DNA of 53,669 nt, the filler included, from Sphacelaria rigidula (taxonomy: Eukaryota): the NCBI GenBank assembly GCA_964200075.2. It is 5 parts of 5 records of this genome, joined end to end, with 100 filler letters (N's around TTAATTAATTAA, not from the genome) between each part and the next. Parts side by side here need not be neighbours in the genome. Positions count along the whole stretch, not along the records: positions 21,510 to 32,163 come from CAXNAA020006137.1; positions 32,264 to 42,916 come from CAXNAA020006138.1; 3 more parts are not named here. One strand, given 5' to 3'. Position numbers and translations under genes: made by a program. Under the pieces are notes generated by a model, which did no database searches, was not told the origin of the DNA, and saw only the letters and a list, made by a program, of their open reading frames with translations. Shown one piece after another: positions 26,191-39,250 of this stretch. Numbering within the stretch: position 1 is the stretch's first letter; each line of letters opens with the position of its first letter.

Positions 26191-26875
26191 AAGGTTCCAT
26201 CTCTACATAGGAATCGGATTTCGAGAGAATGGCGCAATTCCCGAGCTCAATTTTCAGTCGTTTTCGATGGAATTTTGGCATGATGTACAGGACGTTTGTG
26301 CGAGCACCCCTTCGTTCCACCCCTATTTTTCTTCTTTCTTCGTGATTTATTGGCGACGGAACATTTCAGAACATTTTTTCGGAACACAATTGCCAATAAC
26401 TCTCAAAGAAAAAAAAACAGGGGGGGGGGGGGGCTTGAAAGGGGTCTTCGCACATGCGTCGGTTACATCGTGTCAAAACTTCGCCGAAAACAACTTAAAA
26501 TTGAACAGCATAATTGCGTTTGAATTATTCGTGGTTGGTTCATCTCCATATACTTCGGGAACCGGTTTTCGACAGAATGACGCGAGTCTTGAGCTCAATT
26601 TTGAGTCGCTCTTGATGATATTCTGACATGATGTACAGGACGTACATGCAAAGACGCCCGGAATCCCCCCCCTGTTTTACTTTTTTCTCCTTCATCAATT
26701 ATTGGTGATTTTGTTCCGAAAATGAATGTTCTGAAATGTCCCATCGCCGATAACTTACGAAGAAAAAAATAAATAAATAGAGGGGATTTGGGGGGGTCTG
26801 TGCATGTACCTCCTGTACATCATGTCAGAATTTCATCAAAAACGACTCAAAATTGAGCTCAAGGCTCGCGTGTCA
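26191..26875. mobile_element. MITE/foldback-like element abutting and truncating the 3' LTR
   Basis: Inverted ~80-bp arms 26579-26660 and 26792-26872; a further direct copy at 26243-26310. Confidence 0.65.
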
Positions 26876-28246
26876 ACAATCCTGGTCGCATCTTGGGCGG
26901 CCCAGCCTGTAAGTAGTGGGCGGGGATGAACACGCTGTGTATAGGCCCCTGATCTCCGTCGCTGAGAAGTACCCAGAACTTTCAAGGAAGATGCAGCGGC
27001 AGCTGCTGCTGCAGTCGGAGAGGCGTACTGCACTGTACTGTACTGTATGTGCGCCGCAACGCCGATACCCTTCGAAGAGAATTTGTCGCATGCAACAAAG
27101 AGGGAAATGGCGGCCTACCCCGACCACAAAGGGTTGTGTGGCAAGTTGATGGGGACCATAGTATCACCCAACGCCACAAGTTGCGGGCGGCCCGCCGGTC
27201 GCCGCACCCTGTAGGAAGCTCTGTACCACGACTCATACTGCTTGCTACATCATATGCGCATCATCTGATGCGCACCCTGCACCTGAAAATAGATTGGATG
27301 AAACTTTCGATCTTCCTCATAACCCTGCGGTTACATACGCCGGTTTTCAGCAACATGCCACTGTTATGGGTGGGACTGGGGCCCGATTTTGGGTACTATA
27401 TTTCGGAAATGAATCACGAACGCTATATGCGTAAGAACTGGACCGTAATCAGGCGAATCATATCAATCGAAAATACATGCGTCACCTAGAAACAACGACC
27501 TGGCTCATATAAAATGTACCATAAACATAGTACATATCTTCAAGCCTGTGAGTGCTCGGTGTTGAGATGATACTGTTCCTCCGGATAACTCGCTCCAGAT
27601 CAGCGGGTGGAAACTCTTGGTGCGCCAGTGTTCAGCTGCTGTACTACTCGGGAAGCGCACGCCCCCGAGCTGGCAGCCCACGTTTACCGCCATTGCGAAT
27701 ATAACAAGACAAGAACACAAACAGCAGCACTTGTGCCCGCCACACACCAACGCATCTGCAGTGAATGGCGTGCCTGACATGGTGCTAAAACGAGAAAGTA
27801 AGGAAATTTGGATACCATGAGCAGCAGCGTTGCGCATTTCTTGGGTTCTGTCTCGAAAACGTCTGTGAGAAGACGGCCGTGTTTCATCGGTGAACTCGTC
27901 CTCTACAAACCAAGGGTTGAAAGGGCATTCGCTCATGATAAGTGAGGTTGTCCTTTGTACACATCCCCACAGAACAGAGCAGCATATGGCGGACCGCAAC
28001 CAAAGCAAATGACTTGACATAGGTGCCAAAAAATAGCATTTGGTCGAAGATGCACGTTGGTGTAAATCGCATGGTTTACATATTATTTTCAGTATATACA
28101 GGCAGTCAGTTGAAACACCGTGGCTCTGCTGACCTGTTCATACATCGTCAGTGTGTAGTCTAGTATAAAAATCGCCCTTGGCGCCCTGGTTTCTCCGCTG
28201 GAACCCTCAGATCCAACAGCCGAAGTTCATGTGTTACGTTGCCCTC

Positions 28247-28685
28247 TGCAACTCAATACATGAAGGGTACTCGCTGTTGAAAGGCTAATCTGCTCATTGT
28301 GCACAGCCGTACAGAACGAAGCAGCACCTGGCGTCACGCCACAAAGTTAAACACCGCCACACACTGCTCGCTGCAAGAAAAAAATATGCAGCCCAAAACG
28401 GAGCTGTCGACCGTCGCATGGTTTGCATCTCACTCTTACATTAGTATAATATAACAAACAAATACCAAGTACATGATCACAACAGTCGCCAGCAGACGCA
28501 AGGCGGTACAAGTACTGCAATCGCTCTGGAAGCCTCGGCTGCTACCCTGGAGCTCTGACACGAAGCAGCCGCTAGCTTTGTCTTTCTTCTGTGAACTCCC
28601 CCTCTGTAATTCAACACTTGAAGGGATACTCGCTGTTGAAAGGCGAAATTGCCTTTTGTGCACAGCCGCACAGAACTAAGCAGCA
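28247..28685 (+). repeat. Diverged ~80-bp direct duplication (28247-28326, 28605-28685)
   Basis: gaaggg(a)tactcgctgttgaaaggc...tgtgcacagccg.acagaac.aagcagca occurs twice. Confidence 0.75.
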
Positions 28686-29483
28686 GCGCCTGCCGACACG
28701 CAACCAAACTGCATGTCGTGACAACTTGCGGCGAGAAAAAACAACATGCGCACCGATTTTTTTGAATTTGCGATGTTGGACCTCTAATAGCGCTAGATAC
28801 TAATCCTCAACCCAAAAGTGCCGATCGCGCAACGCGTAGAACTCGGCGAAAGAGCAGAGGATTGGACTGCAGTTTCTTGCGTGCGCTTCCCACACACCCA
28901 AGCTAGGTCAATCTATTTTACTGTATGGTTTGAGCGTGATACTGGGCCGCAACAAACCCAAACGTACCAAAATGAGGTGTTTTGCGCTCTGGGAGGGGGG
29001 TTTCTCGCTGCTGGCGCGACGCCAGGAAAATGTGAACTAGAATCCCCTAGATCTTGTGTGTATGCGGGGGGGGGTGAAGTGCCGTGGGCTGGCTTGCTTC
29101 CTGTGTCGAGAACCGCGCGATCTCCCGTGCTAGAGCTGTCCCATAGTAAACCAAGTTTGTAAGTGATGAAGCGTGCGTTCTGCTCGCGAGGACCTCGGCA
29201 CAGGTGTGACCACCCACTGACGTGTTCATTATTCCTCCGCACTTCTGTTTTATTTTAGTTTGCCGCTGAATTTTGGTCGTTAGGCCCTCCAGTCCCACCC
29301 ATAACTGTGCCTTCTGACCACCGGGGCATGGGCGCACCAACCAGATACTGTATTCGAGATCGATGCTGTGCTACAGTCCAACGCCGCAGGCCTACATGCA
29401 CCGCAATTTCGCCTCATCACGAAGAGCTCACTTAGTCTACTCGTTGTTGTAATGGCGGCGCGCGGGGGGGTTCCTTTGCTCAG

Positions 29484-30436
29484 GTTGGGGTCGTTCGGCA
29501 ATCGGAGTCGGCCGCACTCAAGGCCGCCGGCTTGACCGAAACGGGGAAAAAGTCTGGCACGTTCAAGCGAGAGCTCGCGGCCGTGTTCTCGCAGGTGAGT
29601 TCGTTAGTCGCTACTTTCCCGTGTTGCACCCAGGGACAGGTGCCCAGAGGTGATTGAAATGGGGTTGGGGAGAGGCAAGTGGAGGGGAGGTGCGGAATGA
29701 ACGCTCGGTGTGAGGCGTAGTTGCAATAGAGGCAGGTTGCACATGAGTCAATTCTGTTCAGATATCAACCGAAACGCTTACGGTTGTACCATGAGCAAGA
29801 GCAATTTCTGAAGAAAATGAAACGATCAACACGACTGATTTTTTTTCATCAGCTTTTGTGCAAGGAGGAACGGGACGTGTTAGAGGGGGGAAATGTGGGA
29901 AGTGAACGAGGGTGGTTCGGTACATCAGTCAGTAGAGAGAAAAACGATCTCTATGCTAGCAGACAGATGGTGGCCACAGACGGCGAAACGGAAAGGGGGT
30001 ATTGTGTGTAGAAGGTTTTTGTGTAATGTATGGAAGAAGCGTAATGAGCGCCCAAATGTTGGAAGTGTCTTTATTAGGAGTAGAAACGGTGGTCCGTCTC
30101 GAAAGGAATGCGTGGCCGATGCTTAAATAACTAAGGCAAGCAACAAATGAGTACCCCCCGCCACCCACCCACCCAGCCCAATACCCCCGTCACACAGCAC
30201 GGAACCACAGTGAAATACTCAACTGGGCAAAATGACGTATACAACCACACTCACGTACCGCATCCACGAAAAACAGAGCAGAGCAGATCATAACAGAACA
30301 AAACAATTTGAAGCGAAGAGAACATAGTGAGAGGGTGAACGCGTTTCTTCCCGTCCATCTTGTGACCATCGCTGAGCGAGTACCACGTCAAGTCGTGCGC
30401 CCCAATCAATCAACCGATCAGTCATTAACCCCCCCC

Positions 30437-30477
<41 letters not shown>

Positions 30478-30799
30478 AGGCCACCTGGGTGGAGGGGGCC
30501 GTGGAGGCTCTCATGCCCGCGTCGACAACGTCTCAGCCAGGAGCAGCCGGCGGCAACAGTAACAGCAACAGCAATGGCAACGGAGGGGGGGCAGGAGGAA
30601 GCAAGGGAGTCGGACAAGGGTCGTGGAGAAAGATTGGAGGCGCGTGGCGGAGGGTGGGCGGCTGGGGGGGTCGAGGAGGCGGAGGCGGCGGCGGTAGTGG
30701 AGGGAGTGGAGGAGTTAGCCAAACGTCCGACGAGAAAGTGGAGGAGCCCGCGAGCGAGAGCGACTTGGATCCACCTCTGCCACCCGTGGATGACGAGAG
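29484..30799 (+). CDS. MSH3: DNA mismatch repair protein MSH3, two internal exons (29484-29594, 30480-30799)
   Basis: cag|VGVVRQSESAALKAAGLTETGKKSGTFKRELAAVFSQ|gtgagt then tag|ATWVEG... matches the MSH3 domain I motif KVGVVKQTETAALKA...FxRxLxxLYTxxTLIG. Confidence 0.82.
30439..30475 (+). repeat. (CA)n microsatellite just upstream of the MSH3 acceptor
   Basis: Directly visible. Confidence 0.95.
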
Positions 30800-31023
30800 G
30801 TGAATGGCGGTAGCGGGGGTGTTATGCGTGCTTTGTATATTTTTTCCGAGTATTCGTCGAGCGTGGTATTTTCCGGTGACGGTGGTCGGAATATTCCCCC
30901 GTTAGTTTTTGGTACGGCGAATATGAAGGTGGCGTTGCCGTGTGTTTTTCGACAGACGGATACAGGTGCAGGCACGGGCAAAGATACGAGCTGGGCCAGC
31001 CTAGAGGCGGATTTGAAGTTTGC

Positions 31024-31290
31024 AGGCCCATGCTCCGGCCAATATTTAGAGTTGGAGCGTAAAATCTGGTATGGACAATGCATAGGGCATGAAAAAAATA
31101 ATTACGTCGGTACCAAAAGGTCTGTTGTTTTTTCATGAGTTGAGGGCATTTTACTGATACCTGATAACTGATTGTTGCCCTTGACTCATGAAAGAAAAAA
31201 TGGTACAGACGTAATTTTTTTTTTATGCCCTATGCATGTCCATACAAATTTTTGCGCTCCAACTCTAAATGTCGGCCGGAGCATGGGCCT
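31024..31290. mobile_element. Palindromic MITE core
   Basis: aggcccatgctccggcc..tagagttggagcg..gcatagggcat..tacgtc.gtacca is mirrored at 31200-31290. Confidence 0.8.
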
Positions 31291-32380
31291 TTTAAAAACC
31301 GGATCGGTAGAAATTCGGAACAATATTTCGTAGGCCACCCACTGGCCCACGTTTATTTTTCGTGTATTGAAATTTTGTGTGGGCGCTCTCTAAGGCACAA
31401 TTAACAAAACTCAGTGGGTTAGTTTTTTTTCGATTATTTTCTTCACTGGTTTAGGGCGCTCTGGTATTGTGAAGACCATTTCTTCACGAGAACACCCTAA
31501 CCTCTATGAAAAAAAAAATGATAGCCCATTTTTTTTATTCGGCACACCTTCGTGGTTCTCAATGCTAAGTTTCAAATCACAATCCTAAAAATGGAGCTAA
31601 AACATTGAGATAAGGCCTGAGAGCAATGTTCATTTCTCCTCAAAACTCCACTAAAAACACGAAAAAAAATGAAGAAAAATGAAAAAAAAACGAGAAAAAG
31701 GTAACAAGCTGTTTTATTTCATTTTACTATGCACTAGCGGTTCACCGTACGAAATTTCATAGAACAACTCTCAAAAACTGAGACGTGATATCCAGATTTA
31801 GGACATCTAGTGCCTCTGCTCGTAATATATTGATTTTAGTATTAAAGCTTATGTGCGCCATATCTCGAGATAGATTACGAATTAGGTGAAGGTGAGGATA
31901 TATATCGTCTCCCCGTTCTCCAGGGAATAGCAGCGGATCGTAATATTTGGGGTTGAAACAAAAAATGAGGTTGAAGTCGCATTTCTCTATCGCAGGGAAG
32001 ATACGAAACAGTAACACAGCGAAAGTATCTTCCTCCCCAAAACTCCGCAGGAGGAGTTAACCGTTAGACCGCGAGAGTAGGTCACCTGCTGAATCGGCAT
32101 CAATATTCACCTGCAAAAAGTACACGTGGTTCAGATGGACTACCGGCACCGTGGTCCAAGGGTNNNNNNNNNNNNNNNNNNNNNNNNNNNNNNNNNNNNN
32201 NNNNNNNTTAATTAATTAANNNNNNNNNNNNNNNNNNNNNNNNNNNNNNNNNNNNNNNNNNNNGATATCCCAGCGAGTGCACTACCCATGTATATGCGTC
32301 ATAACTCTTGACTCGCACCCCTCCCTGATGCGCACCGTCTCTTTCCCGCCGCTGTCGCTGGCACCTTTTCCACGAACCAG

Positions 32381-32947
32381 ACAAACCTCCCCGACGGAGA
32401 CACGATCGAGCTCGACAAGGCCTTGGAGGATGTCGTGTCTAATGTCGCCGGAGTCGGGAGTGCCCAGCTGCTCGGCATGATGAGTCCGACTCTTTTCGAT
32501 CGTGAGTACCCGCCTAGTGTTGAATGTGTCGGTATCGTCCTCGCGTGGTGCCATGTAAATGGATACGTTTGGAAGCATCATCCCCACAAGGGACAAAAGG
32601 ACGTCCTGTTTTGCGCCAGTTTCTAATTTGAAGTTGTTGAAATTCGCCCAGCTGTAGTGAAGCGTCCGATTTATCGACTGTAACCTGCCCCATTAACTCT
32701 TGCGATCACCCGTACCCTTCGCCGCTGCCCCCGATCAATCATTTCCGCAGGATCATCCAGAAGACGTGCAAGACGTATCTCTTCCAAGTGTCGACGCTCG
32801 GCGTGACATCAAATTGCGCAGAATCGGCGATTTGTGTAGGCCACGTACTGTCCCTCAAGGAGGAGAGCACGGATGGGGTAGAGGTGGAACAGGAGCGGTG
32901 GTCTTGGAGCCTACCGAGATCCAGCGTCCGGTTTACGTTGCACCGTT
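32381..32947 (+). pseudogene. Two-exon remnant of an unknown protein, convergent with the candidate recombinase
   Basis: cag|TNLPDGDTIELDKALEDVVSNVAGVGSAQLLGMMSPTLFD..gtgagt; cag|IIQKTCKTYLFQVSTLGVTSNCAESAICVGHVLSLKEE; joining them needs a 1-nt correction. Confidence 0.4.
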
Positions 32948-33019
32948 GATTGCTGTTCAGCACAGCATGATGTTTGTTTTTTGGTGAGCCAGTTCCAAGT
33001 GCTCCCGGAATTTTGCAGC

Positions 33020-34520
33020 TCATTTGCTGATGCGGTAGTATTTGTTTTCTCGTGTTGATGGGTTATGAGCTATTCTTGATGGGTCCGTCGGCTCACGTTT
33101 TGAGTTCATTTTCGGAAATCCAATGCGGTTGGCAAGAGTCCCTGGCAAAATCGATTTGCTGCAGCTCATAAACGGGAGGCGCATCATTGGCTTCATGCAA
33201 GAGAAATTGTTATGATCCGCTCCCATCGAGGATGAGGTGATGAAGCAGAATCCAGGGTCCCACCACGTTTTGCGACTTTACTCGGCACGAAAAGGCGGGA
33301 TATCAGCAGTCATATCACACGCGGTGACTTGCGCTTTAAAAAACAACGACGGAAACTGCGGCGAAATGTTTGAACAAAAACGTGATTTCAAGATATCTAC
33401 GACCCCCAAGTCCACACGAATGGTGGCATCAACTGCATTTGCGAATGAATTCGGGCACAACCTGGCTAAATCGTATATTTTACTCGAACCGCACGACTCA
33501 CTCTACTTTGGAGACCTCTTGAACGGTGCACTTTCCCACAAATGCGCGCCTGTGGGCCAGCGCGCAACATTGTCCAACATCATTCTGTCATTCAATTCAG
33601 GCAACGGGTGGCAGGGATGTTCCAACATGCTACACACTTTTCGTCTCATCATCGGAGCCGGCGAAACGAGACATGTTATGAAAAAAACCTCACTCTCAAT
33701 CGTACTTTCAACGTTCGATTTCACGGAAACATTGTTAGGTTTGCCGGCAGGATTTTGCACCAATGTGCAAGGTAAGCGTTTTGTCCATTAATGATGCAGA
33801 CACACCCGGCCGCTGAAAGCCATGAAAATCCTGCTCTCTATCGTATCGTAGATTCTCAATCTCACAAAAACATTGTTCCTTGTTATCTGATCTATCCGCT
33901 CTCCAGGAAAAACTTCACGTGACAACCCGACTTGAGCTCGCTCGTAGTAGGATTTGTTGGGAAGAAGGAACGTTTCTACCGCCCTCACACTCTTCAATGA
34001 GGGAAACCCGCGCGCTTGCCGTTTGTGGACGTGGAGACCGAGAGTAGTTCAGATCGATCGCGTGCCCGACAGCCGATAGCACGTTGTTGAAATGCCCCGA
34101 AAATGATCGAGTCGATGTAAACCAGTGAACGTCGATCACGTACTTCAAAAACCCCTTCACCCCAGCCACGGAAAGCGTCGATACGAACAAGCGAAGGCAA
34201 CGAAAAAAGCAGAATGAAGCTGATCCTTCTTCAGGGTGTTCAAAGTGATTCGGAGAGTCGGTTGCTGCGTGTGATGCCTTCAACCTCCAGAAGTGCCTCG
34301 ATTGAAGTTGCGACAGTCAAGTCTGAGAAGTTTAATCAAGACCCGCGCTCCTCGAAATCGGTCGAATTTGCGTGTCCTCGGGAGCGCCCAGAGACGAATG
34401 CGAAACACAACGCCACGAGCGCCACTGAAGCTGAGACTTACTTTTGATGAGTGCATGTGGAATGACGGAGGAGAAATGGGATCATTTTTTCGCGCAGGGC
34501 GGCTTCGAACCAATGGGGGG
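33020..34520 (-). pseudogene. Decayed candidate tyrosine recombinase (Crypton/viral-integrase-like)
   Basis: Four listed ORFs (33997-33788, 33763-33503, 33460-33278, 33226-33020) share one frame broken by single stops. Motifs in YR order: frameshifted SAM-like VKGFLKYVIDV...SFSGHFNNVLSAV; LVSPAPMMRR (Arg); FKRSPK (Lys); PSLFF; RIAHNPSTRENKYY (His...Tyr). No clear HxxR. Confidence 0.5.
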
Positions 34521-34693
34521 GGAAGGTGCGTGGTTCGGAGCTCCGTAGTGATGTCCGGACGGATGACACGGACAGAATAGGACGGAATCTTTTTGAATTT
34601 GGTATCAGTAGGAATCTTTTCAGTACTAAGGGTCTCAAAGGAAATCGCAGCTATATATGACCCAAGCCTTTACTGTTGCTACTATCCACAATG

Positions 34694-34804
34694 ACATGGG
34701 TGGCCACTGGGGTACCTGCAACCTCAAATTTGGACGTTGCAGACGTTGCACAAGGTCTGTAATGTCCAAATTTGAGGTTGCAAGCACCCCAGTGGCCACC
34801 CATG
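34694..34804. repeat. Short palindromic element
   Basis: catgggtggccactgggg..tgcaacctcaaatttggac / gtccaaatttgaggttgca..ccccagtggccacccatg. Confidence 0.85.
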
Positions 34805-35064
34805 GAGGATTTGAATGAAGACAGGTGAGGAAACGATAGAAGGAGGAGGGCGTAAAGCACTACACTTTTTTTACTGACCACGATCCAGAATCTGCTCTCG
34901 GCGCATGAGCCGCAGCTAGATACGCATACGGTCGCCAAATATCGCACCTCGGAACAACTTCCCGTTGCTCAATCACATGGAATCTTCCAAAACAATTTTC
35001 CTGGAATACTTTCCTCCAATTTTCCTGCTCCTACATGCTGGGTTCTGTTCGTAGATGAGCTCTA

Positions 35065-35515
35065 TTGAGCACCTGGTGCGGCTGACCGTCCGTGCATGAA
35101 GCGTTTCCGGGGGACGCGTCTTGCCGGAGGAGGGTTGCCGCGAACCAGAGTTAACGCTTGCCGACACTCGTCTCGATGCGTTCGCAGGTGGTCACCTCGA
35201 GCACATCCATGCACGGAAGAGCCTCGTTGCCCGTCTGATCTCTCGTGCGGAATCCAACCACTCACAAGCTTGTGGTGGGCGATACTCAGACTCTCGACGT
35301 CCTGGCAAAGCAGCGTCCATGTGGAACATCCATACAGCATAGCTTTCACAACCTCAATTTCAAGCGACCGGGCTTCATGAAATAGCTGAGCTGTGGGTCG
35401 ACCTTCACTTCGGGGCTGTACTTCCGGGGGCGTGCCCACGCATCGCTGATGCGGGGATAGATTTTCATGGGTATTTTCGCATCTACGGTGACAACACCAA
35501 GGCAGACATACGGCC
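35065..35515 (-). mobile_element. RTE-clade LINE internal fragment (decayed)
   Basis: YVCLGVVTVDA...ISDAWARPRKYS...EVVKAMLYGCSTWTL...HHKL: RTE RT C-terminal region. Confidence 0.8.
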
Positions 35516-36699
35516 GCTCACTACTATCGTTAATGTGCGAAGCTGGGCACTTAACACAGGCACATGGACTCGGCGTTGCTCTCTAATATCGTCAATCCGA
35601 ACTCCGGGTAGGTCACCACTGTCACTGCCATCATCATAAATGATTCATCGTAGTATTAGAACGGTAAAGGCGCCGCATACGGACGCTAGGAATCGACGTA
35701 ACGTTGCCTCATCGTGTCAATTTACAACGTTTGGTGTTGCGACAGCAAATCCTCAGAATCTCGTCGATTTCCTGGTACCAACAAGACAGATAGACGACGA
35801 GCCGTACAGTAAGAAATCTCAGGTACCAAGCTCACTTGTAAAAACTAACATACAAAACCATGCAACGCGACGGCTTCACTACTGATGTTGCGAAACCACG
35901 AAATGCAACTCACAGGACCCCCCTCACACATACTATGGCATGCATGATCATGAGTACACCCTCACACACACCAACAGACACATCCCAAGTTCATCGGAAA
36001 ATCATTCAAGAGCCCACGAACTTGCAGATCCCCTCCTTCTGTACAACCCCATGAACTTCTGGGGACGTGTTATCCATCATTAAACGACAACGTAAACGCA
36101 GTATGTAGTCTTCTATTTTCATTCTTCAGTTTCTTCACGAGTCAGTCATGTGTTCGTTTACCCGTACAGTAACAAGTACATTTCACCCATCATACCGTGA
36201 CGAATTGCTTTCATTTCATCGATAACATGTTATGAGTTGTGCTGTTCCGCCTCTCTGTCAACAGTTTGGTTTACACGATTGCACTAGACGCTCAACGTAA
36301 AATGCAACCCCACGAATGTGCAGCGTTCAACGCTTGCTCCCATGCGGAAGCCCAGGACACTGAGAAAGTTATGTATCTAACACGAGGGCACAATCTTGTG
36401 GTATCCTATGGATGTCTCCAGCTCCACGTCGAACAGTTCGTTCATTGTCTCTAGCGCGTCGAGTTGCACCCCCATCGTGCAGTTGGGTGCGCAATGTGTG
36501 CTGCACAAAATGACGGACAGAAAAAAAAAACAAGAAAGCATGTTTGGGTGTGCGGATACGCGGGGAGGGAGTACGGAGGTATAAAGATAGTGTTGTGTGG
36601 TAATGTTATGATCAGCTGACGACAAAACAAGCAAGCTGACATGCAAACACGCCAACAAGACTAAATCAGGAACACAAGCTTTCAGGGAAAGAGTCCAGT

Positions 36700-39250
36700 A
36701 TCCTTCACAGCGCCGGAGTCACGGTGATGTCCCCGAAAATCAAATGGCCTCCCACGGCAACGACGATGGCGCTGGTGCACAGAGATGTCAAAACGTGACT
36801 TCAATCGAGCATGCATCTATTGGTTTTGCCTTTCGCCTTCGGAGCACGCAGTCCAAACTACACAGCTGGAACACGCAGGAAATGGCGACAAACTCAAGCT
36901 CACGAGTTTTCCTCGGACTTATGGAGAAACGAATGCCCTCTACGGGGATTGACGACAAAAAACTAGTGAAGAACTGCTTGATCAAAGCAGTACCTGTTGG
37001 TGTAGTACATCACTTCGAGTCTTCGTTTCATCCACGAAGATTGCTCGGCCGTCGGAAGTTTGCTAGGACTTCCCACCAACCCATACCTGTGTGAAGGGAA
37101 GGGCAGAAGCAAAAATTCCCGGGATGAGATCAACACGGCACGGTCAATTTGTTGTGATATTGACGACCCCGAGTGGGTTCAAGGTAAATTCCATGCTTTC
37201 CCCAAACGAGCACGGACTGATCAGTCTTCATAATCATCGCCAGCATCGAAGGGTTTGTTCAAGTTGTTATGTCGATCAGGATCACATAGGTGCTCTCACC
37301 ATCTAAACCTGCCACGGTTTAGTTCGTCTCATGGACGGGGAGGGCCTTAGCCCGGGCTGTACGCTCACTTTGATTCCAGCGAAGAAAACCACTTGTTCAA
37401 ATAGTCCAAATCAAGCATGTCCTCGTATCTTATGGCTTCGTACATGGGCGCCCATTCGCGCACAGCAGCGAAGTCTTTTATTTTCGCCTAATGTTTCAGA
37501 GAGCAAAGCACCACGAGAACAGACAAACAACAAGGGCCGCAGTCGGAGAAAAACTAGTCAACCAAAGCTGATGAAATCTTACCAGATATAGACGGACGCA
37601 CGACGATGAAAGGGTACACGACAGGTATCCCGCATAATGAACACATCGGAATGTGAGGCAAACGTATCGCGTTGTGCAGTCTTCTTCGACTAATTTGTGG
37701 TGAACCGCTGATCGAACCCACTCTGACACGTTGGCTATCATGTTGCATCAGATCAACACAGCGAAAGCAAGTCACCATAACGAAGCGAAACATCACACTC
37801 AAGAGTCAGGCGTGAAGTATACCACATCCAGGACCTGTCGGGTAGTCAAGAACACCGCGTTTGTAATTCAAGAGCATTGAGCGCCGGCGTACCTTTCGCA
37901 GTTCGTAGATATTATTGTAAGCCACCCCGTTCTGATCAACCTCGTATATTGCACTTCGTTTGCTCTCGCACGGCACCACCTCCCACGGCATGAAGTTGTC
38001 AACACAGCCGCCCTACCGAAAACACGAGCAAAGGTATACGTACACGAAAAACCAGCGTCAGCGAGCGGACAAAATCAGTCGGCTTACTTACAGATACATG
38101 AAGCATGTACACGGGTAAGCGAATCATGCGCATGTCGGTTCATGTTCACATCTTCACGTGACGTATTTCCACGACAAGTACATGACGCGAACCTACACTC
38201 GTACAGCACAATTCAATCGCATCAAGAACGAAAGATCGTGGTGAATGACAGGGTCTGAAGTAAAACCTTAAAGGCCGCCAAAACTATCATCTTGAGCAAA
38301 AAACGGAATACTGGATCCAAGCTGTCGCATGACATTGTATTCTAGCCCCGCCACGCTGTGAAAAAAGAGGAAAACTTACGTTGCTTTCGAAGCTTTTCGT
38401 GGCGATTTTCCTGAAGAGCCTCTCTCTCTGTCAGTGTGCATGATCACCACGACGAAAATTGAGGCACCAGCAGACGGTTTGATGTAGACATCAAATCGTT
38501 CACAAACGGACGACACCGGGGCGGGACGGGGATTAAGTACGTGCATTATAGGAACCCTGGCAGGGACTGCACGAACGGTGCGGCGGGCGGCGGGCGGCTG
38601 GACGAAATTTGATGTACGAAGCATATGGGGGAATCGGGGGGGGGGCGCAGCTTCGATCGCTGAGGCCAGGCCTAGTATTCTGAATGCATCAAGCATGTAT
38701 GTCTTGACGGAGGTAGACAGAATAGAGACGACATCGATTGTTATGAGCCATGAGCTTTTCGACCCACTTCTTGTCTGTTGGCGTCCCTGTCATGTTTTGC
38801 ACAATATGAGAGCGCATTGCAATTTCCTACCCCATTGCCGTTTTGAAGTGTTGCTGAAAGCAGCAAACTTAATTGGAACTCTCATGGTGTTGAGACAAAT
38901 GCATTTTCACGGGCCCTGATCGCCTACCGTACATACAAGAGCATAATCAGAATTTGAGGTTGAGAACACACCGGTGAACCTCTATATTTTGTGCAGGCAA
39001 CCCCCTCTCCCTTCCCTGTCGTAGTTCACTCCAGGCCATCGACGGTACATGATATGGAAGGCGGGGTGTCGTTCACCACATGGAAGAATTCGGGGCACGA
39101 TACTGCAGCTAACAGCCGATAATCGACATGGAGGATAGAGCTCTTCATTAAGGATAAGGAAGCCCCGGAACGGCGCGCGGGAAGTGCCCATATACTTCCT
39201 CCCCATGATCTCGGTCCTCAAAGGTCATCATGAAAGGGTCCAACCGGATC
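36700..39250 (-). pseudogene. Multi-exon pseudogene(s) of unknown function with short introns
   Basis: E.g. VREWAPMYEAIRYEDMLDLDYLNKWFSSLESK, 60-nt GT-AG intron 37368-37309, FRW*EHLCDPDRHNN; exon 37086-36994 YGLVGSPSKLPTAEQSSWMKRRLEVMYYTNR; CSLC pair near 37640; scattered stops. Confidence 0.5.

Noticed and set aside
33237-33791. 184-aa plus-strand ORF
   Set aside because: Most likely the antisense shadow of the minus-strand recombinase-like frame
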